A stretch of 44,092 nt of DNA from Rhizaria sp. SCN 62-66 (lineage: Eukaryota). Of this stretch, positions 1 through 9,879 are shown in pieces. Under the pieces are notes generated by a model. That model saw only the letters and a program-made list of their open reading frames with translations. It was not told the DNA's origin and did not search any database. The stretch is taken from positions 1-44,092 of the forward strand of contig MEDY01000259.1 in the NCBI GenBank assembly GCA_001724265.1, given 5' to 3'. Each line of letters starts with the position of its first letter. The stretch's first letter is position 1. The translations under genes were made by a program, and so were the position numbers.

Positions 1-219
1 GACCTGGGCAAAGTTCTTCTCAACGATCTCGGTGACCTCGAGGATCTCGCCGGTGGAAGCCTTGGACTTGTTGAGCTTGGCAAGGAAGTACCAGAAGCGC
101 GACATGGCGACGGGCTTGTTGAGGGCGAAAAGCTTCATGCGGAAGATCTTGGGGGCGGGGTTCTTCTCGGTGGGCTTGTTACGGCCGACGACCTCGTACA
201 GGCGATTGATGGCAGTCAT
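1..219 (-). CDS. RPL18A: 60S ribosomal protein L18a (eL20), 5' part; runs off the window start
   Basis: Minus-strand translation from ATG at 219: [69 protein letters not shown], matching the eL20 N-terminus. The ATG follows a pyrimidine tract and CAG, a probable 5'UTR intron acceptor. Confidence 0.95.
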   Translation of the reverse strand, partial: MTAINRLYEVVGRNKPTEKNPAPKIFRMKLFALNKPVAMSRFWYFLAKLNKSKASTGEILEVTEIVEKNFAQV

Positions 220-972
220 CTGTTCTATGTGTTTAGCAGCGCACAAAGGGATAGCAACGACGCAAGGGAGAGCGAGCACGGAAAAAAAGAGGGAGTAGAT
301 GCCGTTGTAGAGTAGCAAAGCGCGAAGAGCGAGGACGAGAGGGCAAGAGAGCGAGAGCGGAGGCAAAGAGGGGAGCGAGAGAAAGCACAAGACGAGTGAG
401 TTAAGGCAAGATTAAGAGAGGAATAATGGCAGCGGAGAAAGGCAGAGCGTCAAAGGGAGTCGACAAAAGGCAAGCAGCAATGCGCACGTCGCTGCGGAGC
501 CCCACTAAACGCGCTCGCCACCCTAAACCAGGCCCTGGAGATAGCGACAGCACCAAGCCCCAGCAAAGCCAACGCAAATTGGGGAGCAGTAGCGGTGTTC
601 CCGGGGAGGACGCACGACGCAGCGGGGACGCGAGAGCGGGGCTGGGGACGCGCAGCAGCTGGCCAAGCCCTTGCAGGAGCCGCACGCGGAGCAGGGAGGA
701 GCCCCGGAGCGGGGGCGGAGGCGAGGGCTGGTCGCAACCGGGACGACCCCAGCTCTCTCTCTCTCGACAGCCCAGTCGGAGGGAATGCGCGGCGCGCCTT
801 CGAGCGCGTCTTTCGCGCCGGGTGTCCGCGCAGTAGAGACAGGAGTAGTATGGCAAGATAGAGGACGGTCTGAAGATGTTTTGCAAATACATTAAATAGC
901 CCACAGAGATGCTCACGAGCGATGGGACACGGCGCAGAAAAGCGTCCGAGGCCTTGGTCCCCGGCCGGTCGG

Positions 973-989
973 TCGGTCGCACGGACTGG
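973..989. promoter_or_regulatory. Candidate cis-element TCGGTCGCACGGACTGG in the RPL18A/RPS28 bidirectional promoter
   Basis: 16/17 identical to 3492-3508 in the RPL23A/RPL4 spacer. An inverted copy of the CGGACTGG core lies at 1061-1068. Confidence 0.55.
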
Positions 990-1153
990 TCCGGCGGCTT
1001 AACTTGCGCCACGGGCCCTTAGACTGGCCGCTGTAAGGGCCGCCGGCCGCAACCGGGCCGCCAGTCCGGGGGCCCTGGGCCACCGGGGTGAGGTCGAGGG
1101 CCGATCTTCGAAAGGTCTTTGTTGCACAGAAGCATTCTGTAACAAAAACTAGA

Positions 1154-1856
1154 ATGGTACGTTAGCACTATCACATCATGTTCTTTCTTGTGATTTCTCC
1201 GCGTTTCTGCGCGATGGGCTCTACTTGTGCTGGCGATGTGTCGCGCGATCCGTCCTCGACCCACTGCCCAGCTCCCTCGCATCGCACCACACCTTTCGCT
1301 GCCCTGCGGTGCCTTCTCTGCGCTTCGATTGCCCGCTTTTGCTGCTTCAATACTCACATCCCTGTCTTCTCTATCTTTTCCCACTCTGCTCTGTGCCGCT
1401 GTTTCGCTTCCACAGTCTACCAAGAAGGCCAACAAGAAGGAGGAGGTTGTCGAGGACACCCAGGACGAGAAGCTCGTCGGCACCCACGCCACTGTCAAGG
1501 AGATCATCGGCCGGACTGGCTCCCGCGGTGGTGTCATCCAGGTACGCCTCTACTTTCTCTTGCTTCTATCACTCGCGCGCGCTCTCATGTCCCCTCAATC
1601 CACGCTCTATAGCACCGTCATCAGAACGCACCCCCGCTCACCTTTCCGCACTCGCTCTGTTCTCTCTCTCTTGCTCTCTTGCTGTCTCTCTGTTCGCCCT
1701 TTGCTATCTTTCTGACGCTTGTAGGTTCGCGTCGACTTCCTCGACGAGCGCTCCCGCACCCTCCGCTCCATTCTCCGCAACGTCAAGGGCCCCGTCCGCA
1801 AGGGTGACGTCCTTACCCTCCTCGAGACTGAGCGTGAGGCTCGCCGTGCCATGTAA
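1154..1856 (+). CDS. RPS28: 40S ribosomal protein S28 (eS28), 3 exons, 86 aa
   Basis: Exons 1154-1156 (ATG only), 1416-1541, 1725-1856. Contains [26 protein letters not shown]...[24 protein letters not shown]. Stop TAA. Confidence 0.96.
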
Positions 1857-2353
1857 GTTTTCGTGCCCTTCCGGTAACGAAAATAACAATATCATGACAC
1901 ATCACAATAGTGTGCATGTTCATAATTACGTAATCCAAGCTTAATACAACATGCATGGCCTTCATAAGCACCGAAAACACACTTCCCTTCAAACTCTCTA
2001 CATCTTGAAATGCCCTAGCGCTTTCGCGCACTTGCGCTTCTAGCTCTGCTTATATCACTCTATCACTTTCTTGAGCACTTCAGCGGCATGTAACATCGCC
2101 AGCAGCGCGTCAAATCACTGCTTTGAACCTTACCAGATCCTGTTTGTCCGCACGTGAAGGTCGTTTAATGCCTCCATGCAACAACTGAGTTACTCTTTGT
2201 TGCTCTTTAGTCCAGGTTTATTATAGCGCTTTACGGTCACAATTCAATACATCAGAGGGTTGTTAGTTGCAAGAATAGGTAGATTGGTGTGTTAAGGAGT
2301 CATAAAGAGGGGTTGAGCTATGTGTATTATTCACAACGAGGGGGCCGGATCAT

Positions 2354-3263
2354 TTAGAGGAAGCCGACGCGGGAGGCGACATCGGAGGCCTCAACATCAG
2401 CACCGAGGCGGCAGAAGGCCTTCTTCTTGCCATCGGGGCTAAAGAGGAGGAAACAAAGCACAGAAAAAAGTACAAGAGGAAAAAACAGAGGCTGTGAGTG
2501 AAGATGTTCCGAGAACAAGCAGCTACAGAGGAGAGCAAGGCGAGGACGCTGGCGGACTGCGCAAGCAAGAGTGCGGAGATGACGGGGAACGTACCGGATG
2601 AGGGTGTTGACGCTGACGACGGTGATGTCGTGGAGGTCCTTGAGGGCCTTCTTGATCTGGTTCTTGTTGGCGCGGGGGTCAACGAGGAAGGTGAGGGTGT
2701 TGGCCTTCTCGAGCTTCTTCATCGAGGAGTCGGTGAAGAGGGGGGACTTGATGATGGCGAACTTGTCCATGCCCTTGCCCTTGGCAACCGAGACGCGAGC
2801 GTACTTGGGGGCCGAGGCGAGGCGGAGAGTGTGAGGGCGAGTGAAGCGCACGGAGGTGCGGATCTTCTTGACCTGGGTGGCGGTGCCCTTCTGGACAGCC
2901 TTAGCGGCCTTGGTGGCCTTCTGAACCGCGGTGACCTTCTTAGGCGCAGCTGTAGTCGAGGGGAGGCGAGCAAGGAAAGAAAGGGATAGCGGAAGGAAAG
3001 AGGAAAGCGAGAGAAGACGTGAGCGTGGGTACTAGGGTTAGAATGATAAGAGAGAGCAAGGCGCAGCGCAGCGGAAGCGCTGGGATGGCACGAGTCGTGG
3101 TGCCGACAGCGAGTCGTGAATGGGACAGCGAGATGTTCCCGCCACGCCAGAGAGGCTGCGGGGACTGCAAATGGGTGCGGGGAGTCAAGCGACAGTGCTA
3201 GGCAGAGTGATAAAGCGGTGCAATATCTTCTAGTTAGCAGTAGAACGTACCCTTAGAGCTCAT
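2354..3263 (-). CDS. RPL23A: 60S ribosomal protein L23a (uL23), 3 exons, 150 aa
   Basis: Exons 3263-3251, 2949-2595, 2438-2354. Contains KIRTSVRFTRPHTLRL, IIKSPLFTDSSMKKLEKANTLTFLVD, ANKNQIKKA and VNTLIRPDGKKKAF. Stop TAA. Confidence 0.96.
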
Positions 3264-3491
3264 TTCCTCTGTGGAGAAGCAAAACAAGGGTGGTAGAGTG
3301 GGTGGGGCGAGAGACAGAGAGGCCACAGAGAGCGAACGCAAGTTAGTAATTGGGGGGAGAGATGGTTCTGGCGCGAGATGTAAAAGGATGTGATGGTAGA
3401 TGAAGATACAACATATTTTATACTCGAACGCTAAATCTGTTCAATGGTCTTCGAGTCCACTTGCAGCCCGAATTGATCGTCGCTCGGTCGC

Positions 3492-3508
3492 TCGGTCGCT
3501 CGGACTGG
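3492..3508. promoter_or_regulatory. Candidate cis-element TCGGTCGCTCGGACTGG in the RPL23A/RPL4 bidirectional promoter
   Basis: Near-identical to 973-989, within a short tandem GTCGCTCG repeat in a GC-rich spacer between divergent genes. Confidence 0.55.
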
Positions 3509-3923
3509 GTCCCCCGATACATAGTAGCCCCCCGGGGCCGGACTCAAAGTCAGGCCGCGTCGGAAGGCCTGTCCCGGTCGGGCTCTGGGCCTGCCCTCAC
3601 GGCCGCCCCACGGCTCTTGGCCCCGCTCAAACCACTTGCGATGGCTCTGCGCCCGCTTGATATCCAATTTTTTGTATTATGTTGCGATTGCAACGGTGTT
3701 TTTCTAGCTTGCGCGATTATTGCGCTCTCTCTTGACCGAGCTTTCCCTGTCTAAAGAGGCCTTTTCCCGAGTCCACCCTGAGGCCTGGTTCTCAGTGCTC
3801 TCGAGCCCCCTAGCTTTTCCGCCTTTGCCTTTCCTTCCACACCCCTCACTGACCTCATTTGATACTTTTGTTTCATTCTTGCGCTTCATTTTGTTCTCTT
3901 TTTGCTCTCAACTAGTCTCTAGC

Positions 3924-5372
3924 ATGGCCGCTGTGCGTCCTGTTCTGACGGTTTACAAGCTCAACGGCGAGAAGGCCGCGCAGGTTAAGACCCCCGCCGT
4001 CTTCACTGCCCCGATCCGTAAGGATGTTGTGCACTTTGTGCACACCAACATGGCCAAGAACCGCCGCCAGGCCTACGCCGTTAAGCGCTTCGCCGGTCTC
4101 GGCTACTCCGCCGTCTCCTGGGGCACTGGTCGCGCCGTCGCCCGCGTTCCCCGTATCTGCGGTGGTGGTACTTCCCGCTCCGGCCAGGGTGCTTTCGCCA
4201 ACCAGTGCCGTGGTGGTCAGCGCTTCCAGCCCACCAAGATCTGGCGCCGCTGGCACCGCAAGCTGAGCAAGAACGTCAAGCGTTACGCCGTCGCTGCCGC
4301 TCTTGCCGCTTCCGCCGTGTCGTCCCTCGTGATGGCCCGCGGCCATGCTATCGGCAACGTCCGTGAGATCCCTTTTGTTGTTGAGAACGAGATCGAGTCG
4401 ATCCGCAAGACTAAGGCTGCTGTTGCTGCCCTTAAGACTGTCGGTGCTGACGCCGATGTCATCCGTGCCAAGAACACCCGCAACATCCGCACTGGTGTCT
4501 CGAAGCTCCGTGGCCGTGCCCACACTGGCCGCAAGGGTCCCCTGATCGTCTTCGCCAACGACAACGGTATCACCCGTGCCTTCCGCAACCTCCCCGGTGT
4601 CGAGCTCGCCAACGTCAAGGACCTCAACCTCCTCAAGCTCGCCCCCGGCGGCACCATCGGCCGCTTCATCATCTGGACTGCCGGCGCCGTCGCTGAGCTC
4701 AACAACGTCTTCGGCACCACCACCACCCCTTCTAAGCAGAAGGCCGGCTACACCCTCCCCTACGCCCCCGTCACCAACGCCGACATCGACCGCATCATCA
4801 ACTCCAACGAGATCCAGTCCAAGCTCCGTGCCCCCAAGAAGACCTACGCCTACGTCCAGCGCCACAACCCCCTCACCAACTTCGCCGCCAAGGTTGCCCT
4901 CAACCCCTACGCTCTCTTCGCCCGCCGTGCTGAGGTCGCCAAGCAGGCCGCTACCGCTGCCTTCAAGAAGACCCAGCTCGAGGCCGCCCGTGCCGGCAAG
5001 CCCGTCCCCCTGTCTGCCTCCCAGATCAAGAAGCGCGCTCAGAAGCTTGCCACCCGCAAGCTCTCCAAGATGAACTACAAGCGCTCCGTCCTTGGCCAGC
5101 ACATCTCTGCCGAGGAGACCCGTGCCTCCCAGTTCAACATGGAGACCTACAAGAAGGCCATGAAGGCTACCGTCAAGGGTGCTTCCCCCAAGGCCTTCGA
5201 CATCGCCACCTACAAGGTCCCCGCCGCTGTCACCAAGAAGGTTGAGCACGCTGCCAAGATCGCCGCTGCTGTCGCTAAGAAGAACATCGCTGGCCGTCAG
5301 TACTACGCCAAGCAGGCCAAGGTCAAGGCTGCCGCTGCCGCCAAGGCTGCCACCGGTGCCAAGAAGAAGTAA
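3924..5372 (+). CDS. RPL4: 60S ribosomal protein L4 (uL4), 482 aa, with long K/A-rich C-terminal extension
   Basis: MAAVRPVLTVY...PAVFTAPIRKDVVHFVHTNMAKNRRQAYAV, SWGTGRAVARVPR, FQPTKIWRRWHRK, LNLLKLAPGGTIGRFIIWT. Single coding exon, probably with a 5'UTR intron. Stop TAA. Confidence 0.97.
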   Translation: MAAVRPVLTVYKLNGEKAAQVKTPAVFTAPIRKDVVHFVHTNMAKNRRQAYAVKRFAGLGYSAVSWGTGRAVARVPRICGGGTSRSGQGAFANQCRGGQRFQPTKIWRRWHRKLSKNVKRYAVAAALAASAVSSLVMARGHAIGNVREIPFVVENEIESIRKTKAAVAALKTVGADADVIRAKNTRNIRTGVSKLRGRAHTGRKGPLIVFANDNGITRAFRNLPGVELANVKDLNLLKLAPGGTIGRFIIWTAGAVAELNNVFGTTTTPSKQKAGYTLPYAPVTNADIDRIINSNEIQSKLRAPKKTYAYVQRHNPLTNFAAKVALNPYALFARRAEVAKQAATAAFKKTQLEAARAGKPVPLSASQIKKRAQKLATRKLSKMNYKRSVLGQHISAEETRASQFNMETYKKAMKATVKGASPKAFDIATYKVPAAVTKKVEHAAKIAAAVAKKNIAGRQYYAKQAKVKAAAAAKAATGAKKK

Positions 5373-5885
5373 ATTAGTCAACTTTTTGTTAAAAAAACAG
5401 TTAACTGATGTTACGACTCTTGTGTTGAAGGCTGTCTGAGGACTGTGCTTTGCGTGCGTGGTTGTGGTTGTTGCTGATGTGTATTCATCAGCAGCGCTTT
5501 ACGTGGGTTTTTTGTCACGAGGAACTTGCGTTTCGTTTCTTTCGATCGTTCGTTTTGTACAACAAGAACAAGGATTTTTTCACGGGTAGTTGCTGCTTTT
5601 AGCATGCAAAAAAACTATTCAAAAACTCCAATACAAGCTAGAGACTAAAATACTATTTCTTTTTGCTTCCTATTAGACTGTGTTTCAATGTGCTCTTTGA
5701 TTCCCTTCATGAAATCGATCTCTTAATCGCTGTGACAACTGACTTTGTATTACGTCTCGGGTTGTGACGTGTATGTGTGAGTGCTCAATGCGATTATTAG
5801 TTATGTGAATAAAAGCAATGCTAGATATGAGGTGAACGCATTTTTACATGATTAAGACGCTTTTGTGCTATATTAACGTCGTTTT

Positions 5886-6451
5886 TCAGGAGAAGAGAGC
5901 GAGCTCCTTGTACCGGCCTTGAATAGGCACCACTACGCCCACTGGCTTCGTCATAGTCGCAGGCGCCGTACTCGTGTCTGCTGGAGAAGCGGCTTGACTT
6001 CGAGGCGACGTGGTCGCGGCGGCAACTTGGCTTTGAACCCACGGCTGCGCATCGCTATTGCGCCACATGAAGCTGTTGACGGTCGCCGTCGCTGTGTTCG
6101 TAGTGTCCATGCTTTCCGCACTGTCTAGACCGCTGTTTGCGCGAGGGCTGGAGCTGGTCCACGCGAGCGCGTTGGCGATCTCAGCCGCAAACAGGTGCCA
6201 CGTCAGCTTCAGCCCCATGACCGTGAGCCGGGACACGCACCGCAGCCGACCGTGGGCAGCGCTGGGTGCGTTGTGACTCGGGCCAGAGGTGTTAGGGTGA
6301 CTGTGGCCGTGGGAGTGACCGTGGGAGTGACTGTGAGAGTGGGAGTGAGAGCTGCAACTGCCCGAGTCGCAGCTCGCGTTGCCGGAGCTGTGGCTGTGGC
6401 TGCAGCTTTCAGAGCCGCAACTCGACTTGCTCACGTTGCTGCTGCTGTCGG

Positions 6452-6523
<72 letters not shown>

Positions 6524-8610
6524 CGTCGGTGTTTTCAGGGAAGCAGAATGCAGGCAGCAGAAACGACGGCGTGACGGCAGCACTCGGCCACTGTTCCTGC
6601 TGTTGCTGATGTTGATGTTGCTTCGACGGCAATTGCGACTGCGCCAGTGCGCTCGCCGCAGCTGTTTTTGCGAGTGGAGTCAGAGTGTAGCGACCGAACG
6701 ACCAGTTCAACACGTAGGGCGCAACATCATTCTCCGAGTCTGCTTCCCCAGTCGTCAGAGCTCCCGCCTCACTGGCAGTGCTCCCAGTCGCGTCCGCGCT
6801 GCCCACGGTCACCCCGGCGGGGCTGGTGACCGTGAGCGCAGGCAGCGCCGCCGCCTTGGAGAGCCACACGACGCCCTTGATGCGGATGACGCCGTCGTAG
6901 TACGACACGGTTCGCAAAAAGGACTCCCAGTGAGACTTGGAGAAGCCCTTCTCAACGGAAGCAGTGCTTTTAGAGTCACTACTACTGCTGATGTCGCCAC
7001 CGAGCCATTCGATGTGGCCCACAACGACGTCGTCCTCGTCGTCCGACTGCCCTCGTCCCTGTCCCTGCCCCTGTCCCTGCTGCTGCTGCTGCTGCTGCTG
7101 CTAAGCCTGGTCCTGGTGACTGTGGTAGTACTCGCGCTGCTGCTGCTGCGGCTCGCCGTCGCTAAACGTTGCGATCTGCTCACGGTCGCTCACATCCTCA
7201 GTCTCAGCCCCAGAGTGCGATTGCGCCTGAGAGCGCGTCTTGTTGCGCGAGTCATAGCCGAAGACAAGGGCGGCCGGCACGCGCCCGCGGTCACTGCGCA
7301 GCACGTGCGCGTCGGGGTTCAAGTCGTACACAGCGTCTAGAACCTAAACAAGATGGGGGTTCATGACAGACAAGTAAGTTGCTGTCAGACTTGGTGCAGG
7401 AACGTCGTATTGCAGTTGACTGATCGCAATACAGAGAACATTTCACATCTCGAAATTACAATATAAGACACAAAATAGCAATTACATAGTTGACATTGAA
7501 ATGATTCGACTGATTTCAAGAGATAGGTTCTGAGGACTGCCTGATACGTACCTTTTCGACGTCTTTCCCGGGCGTCTTCTCCGCGAGCTCCCACTTGTTG
7601 AGCACGATGAGGTCGTTGTACTTGGCCTGCATGCGCGCCGTGGACGACGTGTCGGAGTACGAAGTGAAGTTCATCGCATCGATCACGCAGATAACGCTGT
7701 CGAGAGCAACAGGGTGAGCTATACAGTCGCAATAAGCGAAAATAGAGTCAAGTGTTGAATGAGATAAAAGTCGTTTATAATAGTCGTATAAACGATTGAT
7801 AGCCACGAATAATATAGATTATCCAAGTAATCGACAAATATATGAAATTTTCTCATGAAACGCATATACGCCGCAAAGTCGATGATTATGTGCGTACTTT
7901 TGGCGACGCGGTCGATTTCGTGCACAAGCGGGGTGGGGAAAGCGGAGCCAGACGTCTCGATAATAATGCGGTCGGGGTACACACGCTTCGCGGGCGCAGC
8001 AGTGCTCACAGTAGCATCCGCAACAGCTGTTGTATCGGCAGTGTCGGCAGAGACTGAGGAGGCATGAGTCGCAGCGGCGGTGATGAGGTTCGTGGTGTTC
8101 GAGCTCGCGACGCCCGTCGTGATCATAGCGGTCATCGTGACGGTGCCATCCTCGGTCACGCTCTCCGTGACCACAGTTCCCTCGCCGGGCTTGACCTCCG
8201 TGTTAATTTCGGCCTCGACGCCGTTGTCGGCGAGCTCGATAAGCGCGTCGCTGAGGCGGCCGACGAGCGTGCAGCAGAGGCAGCCGTTGAGGAGCTCGGT
8301 GACGCGCGCGACCGACGAGCGAGAGCCTAAAAGCGAGTCAACGGCATTAACACCAAACTCGTTTTTAAGCCAAACAGCGCTAAGAGAGAGAAAGAAAACA
8401 AGGGTGAGTCGAAGTGTTGGGCAACAGTGAGGGCTTCAGAGCATAGTATCTTGATTGAGTGAGGACGTACCGATAGTCAGAGCGCGTGCCTGGAGGACTA
8501 ATCTGGTCAAGCAGCGACATAATCATCGTTGTTTTGCCAGCGCCAAGGTATCCATTGACAATCGTGATGGGAATGCGGGGCCGCTCCGCCTCAAGTGACG
8601 AGGTCGACAT
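5886..8610 (-). CDS. COG0523/CobW-family (ZNG1/CBWD-like) metallochaperone GTPase, 4 exons, about 748 aa if TAG 7101-7103 is sense
   Basis: Exons 8610-8471, 8379-7898, 7718-7552, 7343-5886. Motifs: Walker A GYLGAGKTT, NEFG, GCLCC, IIIETSG, G4 LNKWE, CobW_C-like VIRIKGVVWL...VLNWSFGRY, His-rich tract. Stop TGA. Confidence 0.9.
6453..6523. repeat. (GCTGTT)n hexamer repeat encoding (Asn-Ser)n in the CobW protein
   Basis: Tandem gctgtt units visible in the sequence; the minus-strand ORF reads NSNSNSNSNSNS. Confidence 0.85.
7101..7103 (-). other. In-frame TAG (putative Gln) in the CobW gene
   Basis: Reads CAG GAC CAG GCT TAG CAG CAG CAG CAG CAG CAG CAG. ORFs 7101..7331 and 5886..7022 share one frame. 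Confidence 0.85.
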
Positions 8611-8970
8611 CCGCACTTTGCCGCCGTACAAGCACAGTCAAGAAGAGATAATTGAAAGATATGTGAAATGAATCAAATGTTTTTCTATGTAAAAACGCAT
8701 TGGGCGAACTAAGTATCTTATTGACGGATGTTTGAAGGTCGTATGCCATATTTCCAAAAGCTCGCTTTCGGAGCCTGACGAATCCTTGCAGTCGTGCAAT
8801 CACCACCACAAATTGCATTTCCAAGCTAAAACGGAGGTAAAACAGGATTACTGCCATCAAAATTCATATATACTATATATCACACAAATTAGACTATTAT
8901 ACTAGAATAAGGCTTGAGTTGAAGCATGTTATATAGATGATAACCTTTGCTAGCTCGAACTTCGTCAAGA

Positions 8971-9847
8971 TCATCGATAGTAGCTGTTGCTGTTGCGACC
9001 AGGTGCAGCAGCTGTTGCCGCTGCGGATATCGCTGCGGTGTTGATTGCTTGTACCCACTGCACCACCAGCGCATCACTCCTCGCACGCAGAGTAAGCACT
9101 TCAGCTTCGCTAGTCTCTCCTCCGGCCTCGTTGCCGTTGTCGTCATTGTAGCCTCTCATGTTCCCGCTTGCAGAAGCACTCGCTGAACGCAGTAGTAACA
9201 AGGACCGTGGACGGCGCGGATGCGGAAGAGCACGGAGCAGTTGCGCAAACGGCAACGCACCATCAGGCTATAAAAGACACAATAAGACACAAAAACAAAC
9301 AAAAATGTAAGTGACAAGCAGTAATTGATGAATGTGATTACTGAGACTTATATGAAAGCGAGAGGCTTTAATTTTCTTTTGATATAATCATAAAAATATA
9401 TCCAAAATGGTTTTTCAAGGTGATATCGAAACTATTAACCATTTGTGATGACTAAGATGAGTATTCATGTCAGTTATGCGTACCCTCCCTTCGACCTCAG
9501 CCCCCGTCTCGCCCGCCCCCACCGCCGCCACCGCCGCCCTCGCAGCCGACTGGGCCCGCTCGTACGCCGCGACCGTGGCCCGCGGTGCGGAGCGGTGCGG
9601 CTTAACTAACCGCCACTGCAGTCGGGTACAGTCAGTGTCGGTCCAGACGGAGACTGGGACAGGGACGACCGAGCTGCTCACGGTCGCCGCGCCGCCTGGC
9701 TTCGTCCCGGGCTTGGTGACTGTAGAGAGCGAAGGCAGGATAAGCTCAAACGTGTCGCCGGTGAGCAAAAGCATCTTTGTGTTAAGGTCCAACTGGGATT
9801 GCTGACGCTGCTGTTGCTGCTGTTGTTTCAGTTGTTGCTGGCGAAGT

Positions 9848-9879
<32 letters not shown>

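Noticed and set aside
220-3915. Intronic snoRNAs in the RP gene introns
   Set aside because: I saw no convincing sense-strand C (RUGAUGA) and D (CUGA) box pair. H/ACA RNAs cannot be excluded by eye.
1854-5372. Ciliate-type code with both UAA and UAG = Gln
   Set aside because: TAA marks the C-termini of RPS28, RPL23A and RPL4, and no internal TAA was found.
3912-5381. 489-aa antisense ORF over RPL4, and similar long antisense ORFs at 18092-19552, 20666-22732, 31900-33468 and 39429-40649
   Set aside because: These are shadows of GC3-rich codon bias on the opposite strand and have no recognisable motifs.
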